Shown piece after piece: positions 29,100 to 42,410 of a DNA stretch of 64,000 nucleotides. Both the position numbers and the translations under genes were made by a program. Numbering within the stretch: the stretch's first letter is position 1; each line of letters opens with the position of its first letter. The stretch is from the NCBI RefSeq assembly GCF_009914755.1, contig NC_060935.1; one strand, 5' to 3'. The stretch comes from the human T2T-CHM13v2.0 reference genome, Homo sapiens. Under the pieces are notes generated by a model, which saw only the letters and a program-made list of their open reading frames with translations, had not been told where the DNA came from and made no database searches.

Positions 29100-29900
29100 T
29101 GCATGTGTTTTGGTCTGCCAATCACTCCCTTTAAGTATGAGATCCACAAGTGTACAGCATAACACTCAATGCTCAGGTGAGATCCAGGCGGGCCAGAGCA
29201 CGGTGTAACTATTTGTTCATCTAGCCATCCATTTACCTATTTGATTGTATTTATTGAGCAGGTACTATGCCTTTCTCTTGCCCTGATTTCTACTTGTGCC
29301 AGCTGCAAATAAGGCAGTAATGGGGCCTGCCCTCATGGAATAATGCAGTCCAGTACAGGAAACTCCCTCCATTCAGATACTCTACTTCTGTTAGTACCGC
29401 CTATCCTATGGGGTTTTTTAAAGGTAATTATGTCACACTGTCAACTTATACGCTCTTTGAGTCAGTTAATGCATCTCAAGTCTTTTTTCATATAAATTGT
29501 TGTCTCAACTTGTGCAGTTAATTTTCATATTTCTAAGTAAAGGATTTTTATATTTGTTCCTATGTTTTATCTTATGACTTGCTTCCCTTCCTGCTATATG
29601 TTTGAGCTTTTTTTTTTGTGAATCTTGATGTCCGCGCAGAGTATTAGCTGGCCCTGCTCCTCATGCAGAGATGTAATAAGTATGCATGCTACATCTTCAT
29701 CCATCTTACTGATAACATTCTTAGCCACAGTGGACCACAAGCAGGGTCCTGTGGCATACCATTGGAGATGTCCCTCCTAGATGACAGTGACCCATCGTTA
29801 ATCAACCCTATCTCAGCCCATACCACCTCATCTTGACCTCCAGGACAGTACCTAAATACATATTTACATATTTCAATGATAGTATCTGTCTGATCCCCCA
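29100..29900 (-). mobile_element. CR1/L3 LINE remnant with a reverse-transcriptase fragment
   Basis: Minus-strand translation INDGSLSSRRDISNGMPQDPACGP resembles the non-LTR RT motif VINGxxSxWxxVxSGVPQGSVLGP. Boundaries are approximate. Confidence 0.65.
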
Positions 29901-31569
29901 TTCTAAAAACCTGATGTTAAAGGAAACGAACCTAGTTTGGCATAACTTTATAAGTCACATGATATGGTGGAAAGAGGGTTGATTTGGGGGATTTGGTCAG
30001 GCCTAGATTCAAGCTCTGCCACTTAGCTATATGGCCTTTGGGAAATCATTTGACTTCTCTGAGACTCAATTTCCTATATGCGAGGACTGTCAAACGTATT
30101 TATGCATTAGTACCACATATGTTTAATAAGCACTTACTAAGTGATGGACATTATGCACTGTGCTGGGCAGGCCATAGTAAGCAAGATAGGTCTGTCAGGT
30201 ATTAAGTGTGCAAAATTCATATCTTCAATCATTTTAGTGACAGAAATAAGGAAAGCCCTCCCTGGAACAGGTTTTCTAGACATTCAGCCCTAACCCTTGA
30301 GACCTGGGGATGTATCAGAGATTATTTCCCTTTTATACATAGGGAAACTCAGATACACTGGTAGAGTCCCTTGGCTCAAGTCCACTCAGCCTTTTGGTAA
30401 CAAATTTGGTAGCTGCTCCCTAGCCTTAGAGAATTTATCTTAAACTGTCAATTGAGTAGGTTCAGCCAACCCTTGTGCCTAGAGCCCTGTCCCCAGCTAA
30501 TAGGTGTAACAGGATAGGCACTTAGTTAATACAAATTAAGCCAAAGCACAAGTCAAGTGTTAAAGAGAGCTTCATGGCAGTGCTGCATTGCCTCACTTAT
30601 CCAGAGAGCCAGTAGCCAACCTATTTAGACAGCTGACAGTAAGAAGGAAGCAAATGAGACCTCAAGCCAGGCCCTTTCTCAGAGCCTTAAACTTTTATTT
30701 TAGGGATGGTCTACTGAGCTTAATGATGTGGTTTTTCTAACCCTTAGCAGATAAAAGTGCAAATTCAAGCTGGAATAGGGGATTGCTAGAAGCAAGCATA
30801 CCAACAGAAGCAGAGATAAACTTGATTGTGAGAAAGGAAGAAAAAAAAACTGGGAAAAGCAGAGCTCAGAGCTGAAAAAAAAGAAAAGAAAGAAAGAAAA
30901 CAAACAAAAAAACCAAAAAAAAAAAAAAAAAAAAACAAGAAAAAAGGGCAGTCTGGGGCCATACAGTACTACAGCCAACAGAGGTCAAACACATCAGTAT
31001 CCCTGAGGGCATGGTTGCTTTTAAAACAAGTTAGAAATTATGACTCTGAGTCATTGACTAAATTATCTTTCAGGTATGCTTTAAGACAAAATAGGGATGT
31101 ATATGATACATTTCAGCAAGATCTCTATTCGAAAAGAAACCAATAAATGTCTATCCAAAACCGAAATAAAAGGCTTTGGAGCTTCAAGAGATAGATTTCT
31201 GTGACTGAAAATCCACTTCTTTAGGAAGGATTCCTGAGAAAATCCTAGGCATTTGAAAGGTACGCTGAATTTTAGATGACTTGAGTTCAAGTCACAGCTC
31301 TCCTGCTAGCCAACATGTGCCTTGGACAAATCTCTCACCGTTTATGACCCTGTTTTCCACAAGCAGGAATAACATTATCTACCTTTTCAATCTCATGAAA
31401 GTATTCTGAAAATCAACAGAAATGTGTTTGAAAGTGCTTTGTAAACTGCAGAACATCATGGAGATGTACAAGTGAGGTCTGTGGGCCACACCCCTGGTGT
31501 TGCCTACTGCGAGACAGTGACACAAAATGTGGACAAAGAGATCAATTCCAAGTAGTTGCTTTAAATATA

Positions 31570-31645
31570 TACATACGCACATGTATGTATTACATACGCA
31601 CATGTATGTATTACATATGTACATGTATGTAATACATACATGTGC
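31570..31645. repeat. Degenerate 21-bp tandem repeat (tacatacgcacatgtatgtat) containing a 20-bp perfect inverted repeat
   Basis: Read directly; arms at 31598-31617 and 31626-31645. Confidence 0.9.
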
Positions 31646-34586
31646 ATATTTTCATATATGGGTGTATGTCTGTTCATTTAGATAATGTACCTTTAAACCT
31701 CTCAAGACACCTTTTTCACAGGCAAAAGAAGCAGCTCTACAGCTAACTTTGTCATCTTGTGAACTGTAACATTCTATATAGACACGTGACGTTTTGAATG
31801 CTTACTAACTTTCATCTTAATCTTCTCTAATCTAACACTAAGAATTCGCTTTTAAAAATCAAACATTGCAGAAATATATGGCTTAGAAAGTGGATACCTT
31901 CTAGAACCCCAAATGCTCTCTGCTGCATCTGTGATTAGCAGTTTGGCTTAGGGACCTTCAGATTTTTTTCTGTGCTAGTTCTGGTCCTGGAAGCATTCAA
32001 CAGACAATTCCTGAAATAAACAGCCCTTTGTTAAAAAAGAGAAACCTTTAGGGGTGGAAATACATTTTATATTCTAAAAGCTCTCCAGTCTGCGCTGTTT
32101 GGGCCTTAGGCTCATCTTCTTGAGTTCTTACTTAGGCAATTGCGGTAAATAGCTTTTTAACCGGCTACCCTCGCTACAGTCATGCTCTCTTCAAATCCAT
32201 ATTCCACAGGGCTGTTAGGATAACTGAACTAAAACTAAAATCTCACTGCAATCGCTCCCCTTTACTTTAGTTCCACCATGCCCTCAGAGTCCCTTCTGAA
32301 CTCTTTTGTCTTCTGCCATGGGCCCCTGCCTGCTCACCCGCCTGTCCTCTCCCTCCCCTACAGCAGCAGTCCCAAATTGCTGGTAGATCCTGAACAGGAA
32401 GAGAAAGCCCCGTTTCACCCTCTGCGACTTTGGACAGAGCCGCTTCTTCCACTTCCGCTTCTTCCACTTCCGCTTCCTGGGATGGCTTTCTTTGCTTTTG
32501 CTGCCTGGCAAACTTTTCTTCATCCTTCAGGGTTGCTTAGAAGGACTTTTCTTCCGAGAGCCTTCTTCATCTCATTCCCTTTTCTCTAGCTATTCTCCTC
32601 CCTGACAAAGCGAATGGCAGCCTTTTCTTTGCCACCTCTTACCTGCTTCTGAATGTTAGAAGTACTGCTCTGTAGGAGATGACTCTGACTTGCACAGCCT
32701 CTCAATTAACCTGGGGGCTTCCTATTCATCTTTGTGTCCCTAGTGCCTTTTGGTATACAGTAGGTGCTTGGTAAATGTTTGTTGGACTAAACTGAAATGG
32801 AAGGGGAACCTTTATAGGGCAGGAAACTGTTTCATTCACGCCACACAGAAGACCACCTTTTCCAGCTGCTGTTGAAACAGACCTCGGGCTGCCTCACTTG
32901 ATTTGGGGTGCCACAGGAGTACAAGAGACAAGGAAGACCTCAGTCTTCATGGAAGACTAAACCATGAAAATTACCAGAGATAACCATTTGCTTCATTTAT
33001 CCAATGCCCTTCAGAGGCAAGCTTCCAAATCACAGGTTTACTCAGGAAATGCCAAAGAGATTCCCATTCAGACCTGTTGAAAACTTCACTCTCAGTAACT
33101 ATTTGGGCCACAAATATGTGTAAAGTCCCAGACTACACTTGTAAGTGTAGCCTGGAAATGTTTACCCCAACTGTGCACCATACATAAAAGCAATGTAGTA
33201 CACAGAAGAGGCTGGAGTGAACAAGCACCTCTCAGTAGCTTCCAGAAGCCCAGAATTCTGAGTGGGAGGCCCAGTGCAGGTGCCTCACAGCATGGTACAG
33301 GCAGAAGGGAGGGGTCTGGAGGCCAAATAACCATGTAGAGAGTCAGGCTCTCCTCTTCCTAGCTGTGTGATGTTGGGAATGTTGCTTAAATTCTCTGAGC
33401 CTTGGTTCCCGTATCTGTTAAAACAGTTTGGTAAGATTACTTCCCTCATTGAATTATCAAGAAGAATAAATGATGGTATATTTGAAAGTGTTTCTCATCT
33501 CTACAGTGCTTTAAAAAATATTTTTTCTCTTTCTTGAGCTAATGCTCCTGTAACTAATCTGTGTAGTGCTTCACGATCATAAGTTGGTGTGTATATGTGT
33601 GTGTGTATGGGCACGCGCGTGCACGCGTGTGTACGTTCAGGACAGGGCATGTGCACTTCCTTTTATTGGATTCATCTGGAACCCCATAGTAAAATACACA
33701 CTAGGACAGAGATTTCATGACATTCCTGAGCCACCTTTTTCCTCTCTTTACCTCTTCTCCTCCTAATGGGGGAGGTAAGAGCAAATATCCCACCTTGTAG
33801 TTACTTTGTATATGTGAGACTCAAGGAAATACAGGATGCTGGCTCCAAAGCCAAGTGCATTATGTTTCCATATCAAACAGATGTGTGTTTATCTGATTCT
33901 GAACCTTGCCCTGCATAGTCATTGAGAACTCTGAGTGGGGTTCAGAGTTCTTTCTTTTGACTGCGACTAAATCTCAGTAGGGGAACAGCAGGATTAGGGC
34001 TACAACTGAGTTATTACAATAGCCAGAGTAGGCAACAATTTCAGAGTGATAAAAACAGATGACAGAGACACGTGGCAGTGCAGTAGAATGAACTGGACAC
34101 TGGATAGGGAGTTAGCAGATCCGTGCTAATCAGCCCTGGCTTGGTCTTTAGGACTAACTTGACTGTAGCTCTAGCTGTGTTTCCCTGAGCAAGTTATTTT
34201 CCTTCTCTGGCTTCAGAAGTCATACTGTAAAATGAACCAGGTGATGTCTATATTTCCTTCCAGTTCTGATGGCGAAGGAAGGCAATCAACACATTTTGGA
34301 ATATCTGTCATACACCTAGTGCAACCTACACCAAACAACTTTGAAGAGTCTATAATTCTATAATTCCATCACACACACAGAGAGTGAGGATTGTACAGAA
34401 ATATGGAGTCAGACCAACTTAGACTGAAATCTCAGCTTCATTATTTACCAGCAGTGTGGCTTTATGCAAATTTCTTAATGTCTTTAAGCCTCAGTCTTTT
34501 CATCTATAAAATGGGTCTTGTAACATAGCAAGCATACTTACATGCTTATAAGTCTACTCCTACTCTCTCTTTATACATTATAAATT

Positions 34587-34894
34587 TCTTTTCTTTTTTC
34601 TTTTTTTTTTTTTGAGATGGAGTCTAGCTCTGTCGCCCAGGCTGGAGTGCAGTGGCGCAATCTTGGCTTACTGCAAGCTCCACCTCCCGGGTTCACACCA
34701 TTCTTCTGCCTCAGCCCCCTGAGTAGCTGGGACTACAGGCACCCGCCACCACACCTGGCTAATGTATTGTATTTTTAGTAGAGATGGGGTTTCACCATGT
34801 TAGCCAGGATGGTCTTGATCTCCTGACCTCGTGATCCACCAACCTCAGCCTCCCAAAGTGCTGGGATTACATGTGTGAGCCACTGTGCCCAGCC
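34587..34894 (-). mobile_element. Alu (Y/Sc-like)
   Basis: Young-subfamily tracts gcaagctc..., gttcacaccattct and ttagccaggatggtcttgatctcctgacctcgtgatcc. Confidence 0.9.
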
Positions 34895-37800
34895 TGAATT
34901 TCTTAAGTAGATTTCATCTGGTCTATTTCTCTTCTTTTTGGAGGAATAATCTAGGACTACAGAGATGAGTGAAGTAATGTAATATTAGGTCATGCAACTA
35001 GTTGGAGGCAAGGATGGGTCCTGAAGTCAGGATCCTGATTGATTCTGAGCCTTGTGCTTATTTGCTGGATGTCTTTTTTATCATCCCCATTGGGGACAGC
35101 AAAGTCCTTCCCTGATAAGCAGCCCAGGGATATGTTAAAAAACAAAAAAAACAAAAACAAAAACAAAAAAAAAGTGTGATGATGAACTGCATTTCTACAC
35201 TAGATGCTTCCCAAGAACAGCCACTGGGCTTGGAAACAGTTCTCAGAGTTTGATGCTTAGCATTTCTTCCCGCCTCCCACACCCTCTCCTTCTGCCATTT
35301 CACTTATTTAGGGGCAGAACAGCCTTCTGTGGGGGGCAAATCAAAAGTTCTGTGTCGTACTTTTCCCTAGTCAAAGAACCAGAGAGGGTAGCTCTGTCCT
35401 CTTTTCTACCAGGTAGGCCACCAAAAGAACGAGCAGATGCTGGCTCAGAGGGGATGAGGTTCACAAAAGAGAACTCCCATCAGTGCAGCTGCCCACTGGG
35501 GAGGATGCTGCAGGTGTCTCAGGAGGGCTCCGCAGCAGTGCTTTGGTTAAAATGATTCAAGTCCTGGGCACCATGAAGCATTAGTGAGGGTGGGTCTGCC
35601 ATGAGGGCACAGCGCCCTCCCAACATTTTTAGAACTGAATTCAGGGGATTTATATTCCAGAGGGAGAAGAAAACTTTTATGGGCTTAAAATGAAGGGGTT
35701 TTTCATGCATGTGTCAGCACTAGCAATGCTATGTCCTAAGAACTGAAGCCAAAGCATTAAATAACATGACTGATAAGATTGTTGCATTTCCAGAGTAGGC
35801 ACAAGCAGGAAAAATAAGGATGGCTTTTTGGAAAGCGTCTTTTCAGCAGTAGCAACCCCACATGGTCCCAGCCTCCTAGGAGCCATATGTCTCCTCTCTT
35901 CCATCCCTCCTTTTGTAGAAGTTTGATGCTCTCAGGGTGATAATCCTAGTTTGTGTGGCCAAAGGCACACCTAGGCTGCTATATAGTAGGTTTGATTAGA
36001 GTCCAGGGGCTGGATGAGGTCATCTCCCCAAGCACTTCCTAGAGGCATCTGAGGAGGCAGGAGCCTTGGACTCCTAAGGAACAGCTAAGAGCCATGGAGA
36101 TGGGAGAATCCCCCAAGCAAAAATGCAGCCGGTATCTCTTGGGGTACTTTCAGCCCTGTTCACTTGAGAGGAGTTACCCATCTGCCCCATTCCACCACTT
36201 AGAATATATTTTTAAAATGTTTTCATTTGCCAATCCTTTATATATCAGTTACAAAACAGAAACTCTTCCTCACTGCTAGGGAGAAGTGTAGAAAGGGGGA
36301 GAAAGAAAAAAAAATCTTGCCTGAAATTGAAGGCAGGTTGGGAGATGTTCACGCTTTGAAACGCTCCTTCTTGTGAAATGTTTATGAAACACTTTCCACA
36401 AACGAGTTATGCAACTGGGACAACAGCTTTGATCATTTTCATCACCAGTGATATATTCATTAGTGTTGAGCTGTCTTCCCCCAGAGAGGGCCCTGTGAAA
36501 ATGTCATGGGGAGGGGGTTAAAGATGAGTACCCCAGCCTCACCATGCCCCATTCCATGAACCCAAAACAGATGGTCAGTAAGGAAGTCTCAGTGTACGTC
36601 TGGGCCAGAAGACCACCTTTTCCGTCACCGATGGTCTATTCTCTCTCCTACCCTTGGGATGTGTGTAATATTTTTTGGTAGATAAAGCACCAGAGGAGGG
36701 TCAGGAGACCACTCTCTTGTCAGAGTTCTGCCGGGGTATTGCTATATGAGTTTATAACCATCTCTGAAGCTCTCTGAGCCTCTGTGAGATGGAAGGGTGA
36801 ACACTTGTCCTCACACCTCCTGGCTATGAGGGTAAAGCCAAGGAGGGATGCAGAAAGGGCTTCCACCTCCTTGGAAGGGGCTCTCTCCTTCCAGAATGAG
36901 GCTACTGCTTTCTGAAGTAAGTGATGTCAGAGAGTTCACTGGGATCAGAAAAGATAATCATCCCTGATACATTTTTACCTTCCTGGTCACTGCCCAAGAC
37001 TCAGTGTAATACCTTTGCACAGCACAGTGGGTGGAGAAGATCCTAAACCAACAAAGCTTGTCCAATAGCTGGACAGGCTGCTCAGTGGCTGTGGCAGGGC
37101 AGAGCACCCTGTGGTGACCCACGTCTCCAGGGATGCGTCCGTCCCAAGTAAAGTCTGGAGAAACACTCCACCTGCATGAGAAGAACTGCCAAAGAGACCC
37201 TGGAGATGATCTTCTTGATTCCAGGCAGGCTGTGGGTTTGGTTGGGTTTTCACAAGCACGGGGGAGATTGGGTTTTCGTCCAATTTGCCTCCGGTTCTCA
37301 CATTAGAAGTCAATGGGATCCAACAGAAGTCTCTCTATCTCATCTTCCAGATCCACAACCAACACCCAGTTGCCTGGAAAGCTTCCAACCTTTTCCCCTT
37401 AACAGCTGTAAAAAGGGATTTTTGTAAATTCAGGAAGGCTTTATTTCTTAATTTCTTCATTTCTGAACCCCTGAGAGTGTCAAAGATGTCTGTCAGAGGC
37501 CATGGGAATTGTCGATGTACCCTTCCTCCTTCCTGTTGAACTCAGCTAATAGAGACCGCTGATCAAAGCTGAGATTTGAGAACTTGTCCTCAAGAAAGCA
37601 GTGTCCTTTATTATCTTTCAATTTGATTGGTTAGGATTGTCTTCTTTTGGGGTTACTATCAGCACTTCACACCCAGAAGGTAATGAATTATGAAAAATAA
37701 AAGATTCCATATCCAAAGGAACCGTAAAGAAGATAAAAATAAATAAATAAAAATTATAAAAGAGTAAAAAGTCGGTCAAACGAATCATAAAAATAATGCA

Positions 37801-39179
37801 GAGGGTTGTCAGAAAGCCCCCAAACTTACACCCAAAGGGCTTTTCTGCTATCACGCACTTCATTTTTACAACTGGGAGGTTGGGAGTGCCCCCCAAAGAG
37901 TCTGAAGGGCAATTGATCCAGGAAGCAGATGAAAGGGTGCGTTTTCTTTTATGATGGCGCTGGTTTCTGAAATTAAGTGTTGCAGGAAGACCTGGCACAG
38001 ATTCTAACAGATAGCGCCCAGGTTGGAGGCAAAGCACATGTTTTCAAGCTCTGTCATAGCTGCCTCTCCTTATCTCTCCCTTGTGCATAATGAGTCTACA
38101 GAGGAACCCTGCCACTTGCCTCCAAGATGGAAGTGGGCCAAGCTGCCAGAGGCTGTTCTACCAGCATGATTTTACCTCCAGTGCTCCACGTTCTCCCTCT
38201 GTCCCCCTTCCTCCATCCTGCCTCCCCAGTACCCTCTGGGATGGCAGATGCCTGGGGGCAGGAGGAGGTTATGCAGGGAAGAGGTGGGGACCACAAAGAC
38301 TTGGCTTAAGTAAAATCCCCTCTCAGATCAAACCTTAAAGTTGTAGTGGTGGTGGTCATTTTGAAATAAGTAGTTTATCATCTATTTCTAGTTTTTAAAA
38401 ACTTGCTAACACATGTTTTCCTGGAATCTAAGGATATGGAAACTCTAATTTTGGGGAGAAGAACTAGGACACCAGAGTTTCTTAGAGATGCCAAGTGTGG
38501 ATGGGCACAGCTGAAGGGGCATGGAGCAAAGAAGTGGGGCTCTTGGAGACAACTCCCAGGCAGCCATGTTTTTTGAGTTTTCTGAATGTCTGACTCTCTA
38601 CCCCCACAGTGCTATTTCCCATCTCTCCCGCTTCCTTCTCTTTGCTTCCAGAGTTCCATAATAGTCTCCTTAAGTGAGAGGAATGATTTCCAAAGACTGT
38701 CCCTGAAACAGCCATCTTCTTACCAATTTCTGTGCAACCAGGGCTTCTTGGTGTTATTTAGATCTGCTTTGTCTAAGAACACAGCAGCAACCTGGATGGG
38801 CCACGTCTACCAAATGCACTAGGGAATTGGAATTTGTAATTCCATTTGTCGACAGGGAGAAAAATCATGGACTATCATACAATAGACGGGGAAATTGAGT
38901 CCCATAGAGGCTGAGTCCCATAGAGGCTCAAGATTACGTAGTAAATTAGAGTCGGAGTTAGGGCTAGAAACAAGATCAGCATTCAATGCACATCTTCAAC
39001 ATTTTCTTCCCTGTACCTCATTGGAGGCTGTGGAGAAATGGGTTTTGCTTATGTCTTTTGTTCAATTAATGTTCTTTGGGTTTTCACTATGTGAAAGGCA
39101 CCATATTTAGGACATTAGCTCCCTCCTCAGTCTCAAATGTTAGTAGGATCTTCCTAATTGTCCAACCAAAGATAATTCT

Positions 39180-39675
39180 TTTTTCATTTTATCTAACTTT
39201 TATTTTAAGTTCAGGGGTACATGTCCAGGTTTGTTATACAGGTAAACTTGTATCATGGGAGTTGGTTGTACAGATTATTTCATCACCCACATATTAAACT
39301 GAGTACCCATTAGTTATTTTTCCTGATCCTCTCCCTCCTCTCACCTTCTACCCTCCAACAGGCCCCAGTGCGTGTTGTTCCCCTCTATGTATTCTCATGA
39401 TTTAGCTCACACTTATAAGTGAGAACATGTGGTATCTGGTTTTCTGTTCCTGCATTAGTTTGCTAAGGACAATGGCCTCCATCTTCATCCATGTTCCCAT
39501 ACAGGACATTATCTCATTCCTTTTTATGGCTGCATAGTATTCCATGGTGTATATATACCGCATTTTCTTTATCCAGTCTATCATTGACTGGCATTTAGGT
39601 TGATTCCATGTCTTTGCTATGAATAGTGTTGCGATGAACATAACCCGTGCATATGTCTTTATAATAGAGCTGTTT
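39180..39675 (-). mobile_element. L1PB/L1PA-type 3' fragment with the ORF2 C-terminus
   Basis: ORF 39402..39734(-) reads MFIATLFIAKTWNQPKCQSMIDWIKKMRYIYTMEYYAAIKRNE, the L1 ORF2p C-terminal segment, followed by an L1 3'UTR. Confidence 0.93.
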
Positions 39676-40552
39676 ATAAGGAATTCTTTCTTTAGTGATC
39701 CAAAGCACCATTTTTTTCCGCAAGAATTAAGCACAAGTTTAGCTGTTAGTCTGAACTTTTAACTTAGGTTAAACTAACACAAACAGAAGATATCCCAGGA
39801 TGTCAGTGATATTCGCAGTGTAGACCAAGAAAATGGTTTAAGCCAGCATCTCTATGGCTAAGAGTTTCTATCTGGATAGGGAACAACCAGATGTCCACAT
39901 AGGAGGGTCTCCCCAATATCTCTTATAAGTATGGTCTAGAGCTCGTGCCCCCATCACATTATATGAATTTAAAGTCACATGGACACCCTCCCAAGGGACT
40001 TCCTGAAAAGCTGCAAGAGGGTAGTTTTCCTGGGATGGGATGAGGGGTAGGCACAAGCAGCACTTCCTGCCCTGCCCTGGGACACCTGGGAAGCCCACGC
40101 ATGGGTGGTTAGTACTGTCATTGCAGGGTGGTGGAGACTGGAGAGAGGTTGGAAACCACCACGGGCCCCTCAGGCTGTAACTACAGCATTGGCTGTGAGG
40201 GAGACATGCCTTCACCTGTAGGGAGACAGGCAAAGACTGTCACTAAAGCCACACAGGTGAAGAGGGCCAGCTGCAGAGGCAGACACAGAGGATGGAGAGG
40301 TGTGGAGACAAATGAGATGGGGAGGGAGACTCCTCCAGATCAGTGGTGCCCAGATTTTGGGGTTTCATAGATGAGATTCCATTGAGGAAAATAAAACACA
40401 GAATTTGAGGGAGATCAGTAAAGAGTTGCCAGTTTTTTACTCTGTGAGGTAAAGAGTTTTAAGAATGCCATTTAGGATCACTATCCTGTCCTAAATAAAT
40501 TTTAACCTTCTTCCTCCTAAGAAAAAAAAGAATATCATCTCAGAATTTCTAA

Positions 40553-40792
<240 letters not shown>

Positions 40793-41051
40793 ACATCGAG
40801 CCCTACTTTTGAAACTCACTACACTATCGTTTTTGTCATTTCAGGGTCACTCACACAGGCCTCTGCCCAGCTGCCCTGGCTGGAAGGGCACACACAGGCA
40901 GGAAAAGTAAGCTGCAGCCCAGTAGGCCCTGGGCTAGCTCTCTCCTCTCTAGGCTGGTCACTCCTTTCCTGCCTGGATCTTCCTGCCATTTCCATCTCTG
41001 ACTGCCTGACGGGATCCAGCACTGACGCTCTCCTCTTGCTTCCACTTGCAG

Positions 41052-41177
41052 ATTAAAACCGAAGATCTCAGTGACTCCCTGCAGCAGACCCTCTCCCATC
41101 GGCCATGCCACCTGAGTCAAGGACCTGCCATGATGTCCGGAAACCAAATGTCTGGGCTAAATGCCAGCCCATGTCAG
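41052..41177 (+). CDS. POU2F3: POU2F3 exon 4 (126 nt): [42 protein letters not shown]
   Basis: cttgcag|ATT ... CAG|gtaaca; phase 0-0. Confidence 0.95.
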
Positions 41178-42410
41178 GTAACACTGTGATTTTCACAGTG
41201 GGCCAGTGTGTTTAACCCAATCCCTCTGTGAAATGCTCGACTTCCATGCTTGGTACTCGTCTAAAGAACCCCCTGCAGGCAATGTGGGAAAGAGATCTGG
41301 AGGCTGTGAGTAGGGTTCTAAAACAGTCCTCTTACAGGTGAAGCCTAGCTAGGGAGGTGAAGAGGGAGGCCTCTACTTCTCAGAGACAAAAAGGACCCAG
41401 GCTTGCCAAAGCCAAGGACCTAACAGCTGAGCTGCTGGTGTCTGCCAGCCACATTCAGGGGAATCCTAGGTTGACAGCTGCTGCTGCAGTTAGAGAATGT
41501 TTCTGTCCCCATTGGGCCCACTCTGCCTCCCCTAAGGTTTTTTGTTAGAGCCAAACTAGAATGGAGTGCTGGTGGGGGAAGAAAGAGGCGTCTGAGATAG
41601 TAACAGCCAAGGTCCGGGAGGGCGTTCACATGACGAGACCTCTTCTCAGCAGGGATCACCTGGGGGAGAAAGAGCCACCCCTTTCTGGAAACACATAAGA
41701 ATATGCATCTGTCCCTTCACCTGCCATTTAGCAGGGCTTCTCAGGTCTTCTCTATGTGCACAAACCTAAGCTCAACCTCATGGGGCACAGAGCTCTGGCG
41801 TCTCCATTGCAGAGGACTCCCCGATCCCCCAAGCATCGGAATTATTAGTCCTATGTCCTGGGCTGGTAGGAGAAATCCTGGACTTTTTGTTTAACTAAAT
41901 TGGTTTTATTAAGAATGAATAGTTTGCTCCACCCCCCAACTCCCACCCCAACACCCTCCAGGAAAGATTCTGGCCCAGGAAACAGCCGAGGCATGGCTTT
42001 TAGCATAACCAGGTGGCATGAGATTTAAAAAGAATTGGATAGTTGGGGATTGCATGTTATCTCTAGGATAAACTTTGAGAGATGGGTCATACCCAGGCTT
42101 TGCCTTCAGGGCATTTTATAGTCTAGTTGGGAGACAGGACTGACACATACAAAAATTAACTCAGGAGGCAAGGGTTAAGTAACAATATGTAGTAAGGACT
42201 CCTAGGCTGAGGGCAGAAGCTGTAACAATACCAGTGTTAACGGAGTAGCTACTATTTGCTAGACACTGGGGATACACAGTGGCATAAACCAAGGTCAGCC
42301 TGCAAAGTCTCTGAGTCTGGAGACCCCTGGGACGGACGAGTGGCAGGCAGATGGGGCTGATGTCCCCAGCTTGTAAATTCTGTGGTGTATGTGTATCTCT
42401 CCGTGTGTAG

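Noticed and set aside
32267-32589. ORFs with RKRKWKKRKWKKR / EEAEVEEAA suggesting a processed pseudogene
   Set aside because: The repeated peptide comes from the 15-bp tandem duplication. There is no poly(A) tail, TSD or recognisable parent protein.
33925-33951. 10-bp inverted repeat agaactctga/tcagagttct
   Set aside because: Stems of this length are expected by chance in a window this size.
38896-38927. 16-bp tandem duplication tgagtcccatagaggc x2
   Set aside because: An ordinary slippage duplication inside a MIR-like fragment with no functional cue.
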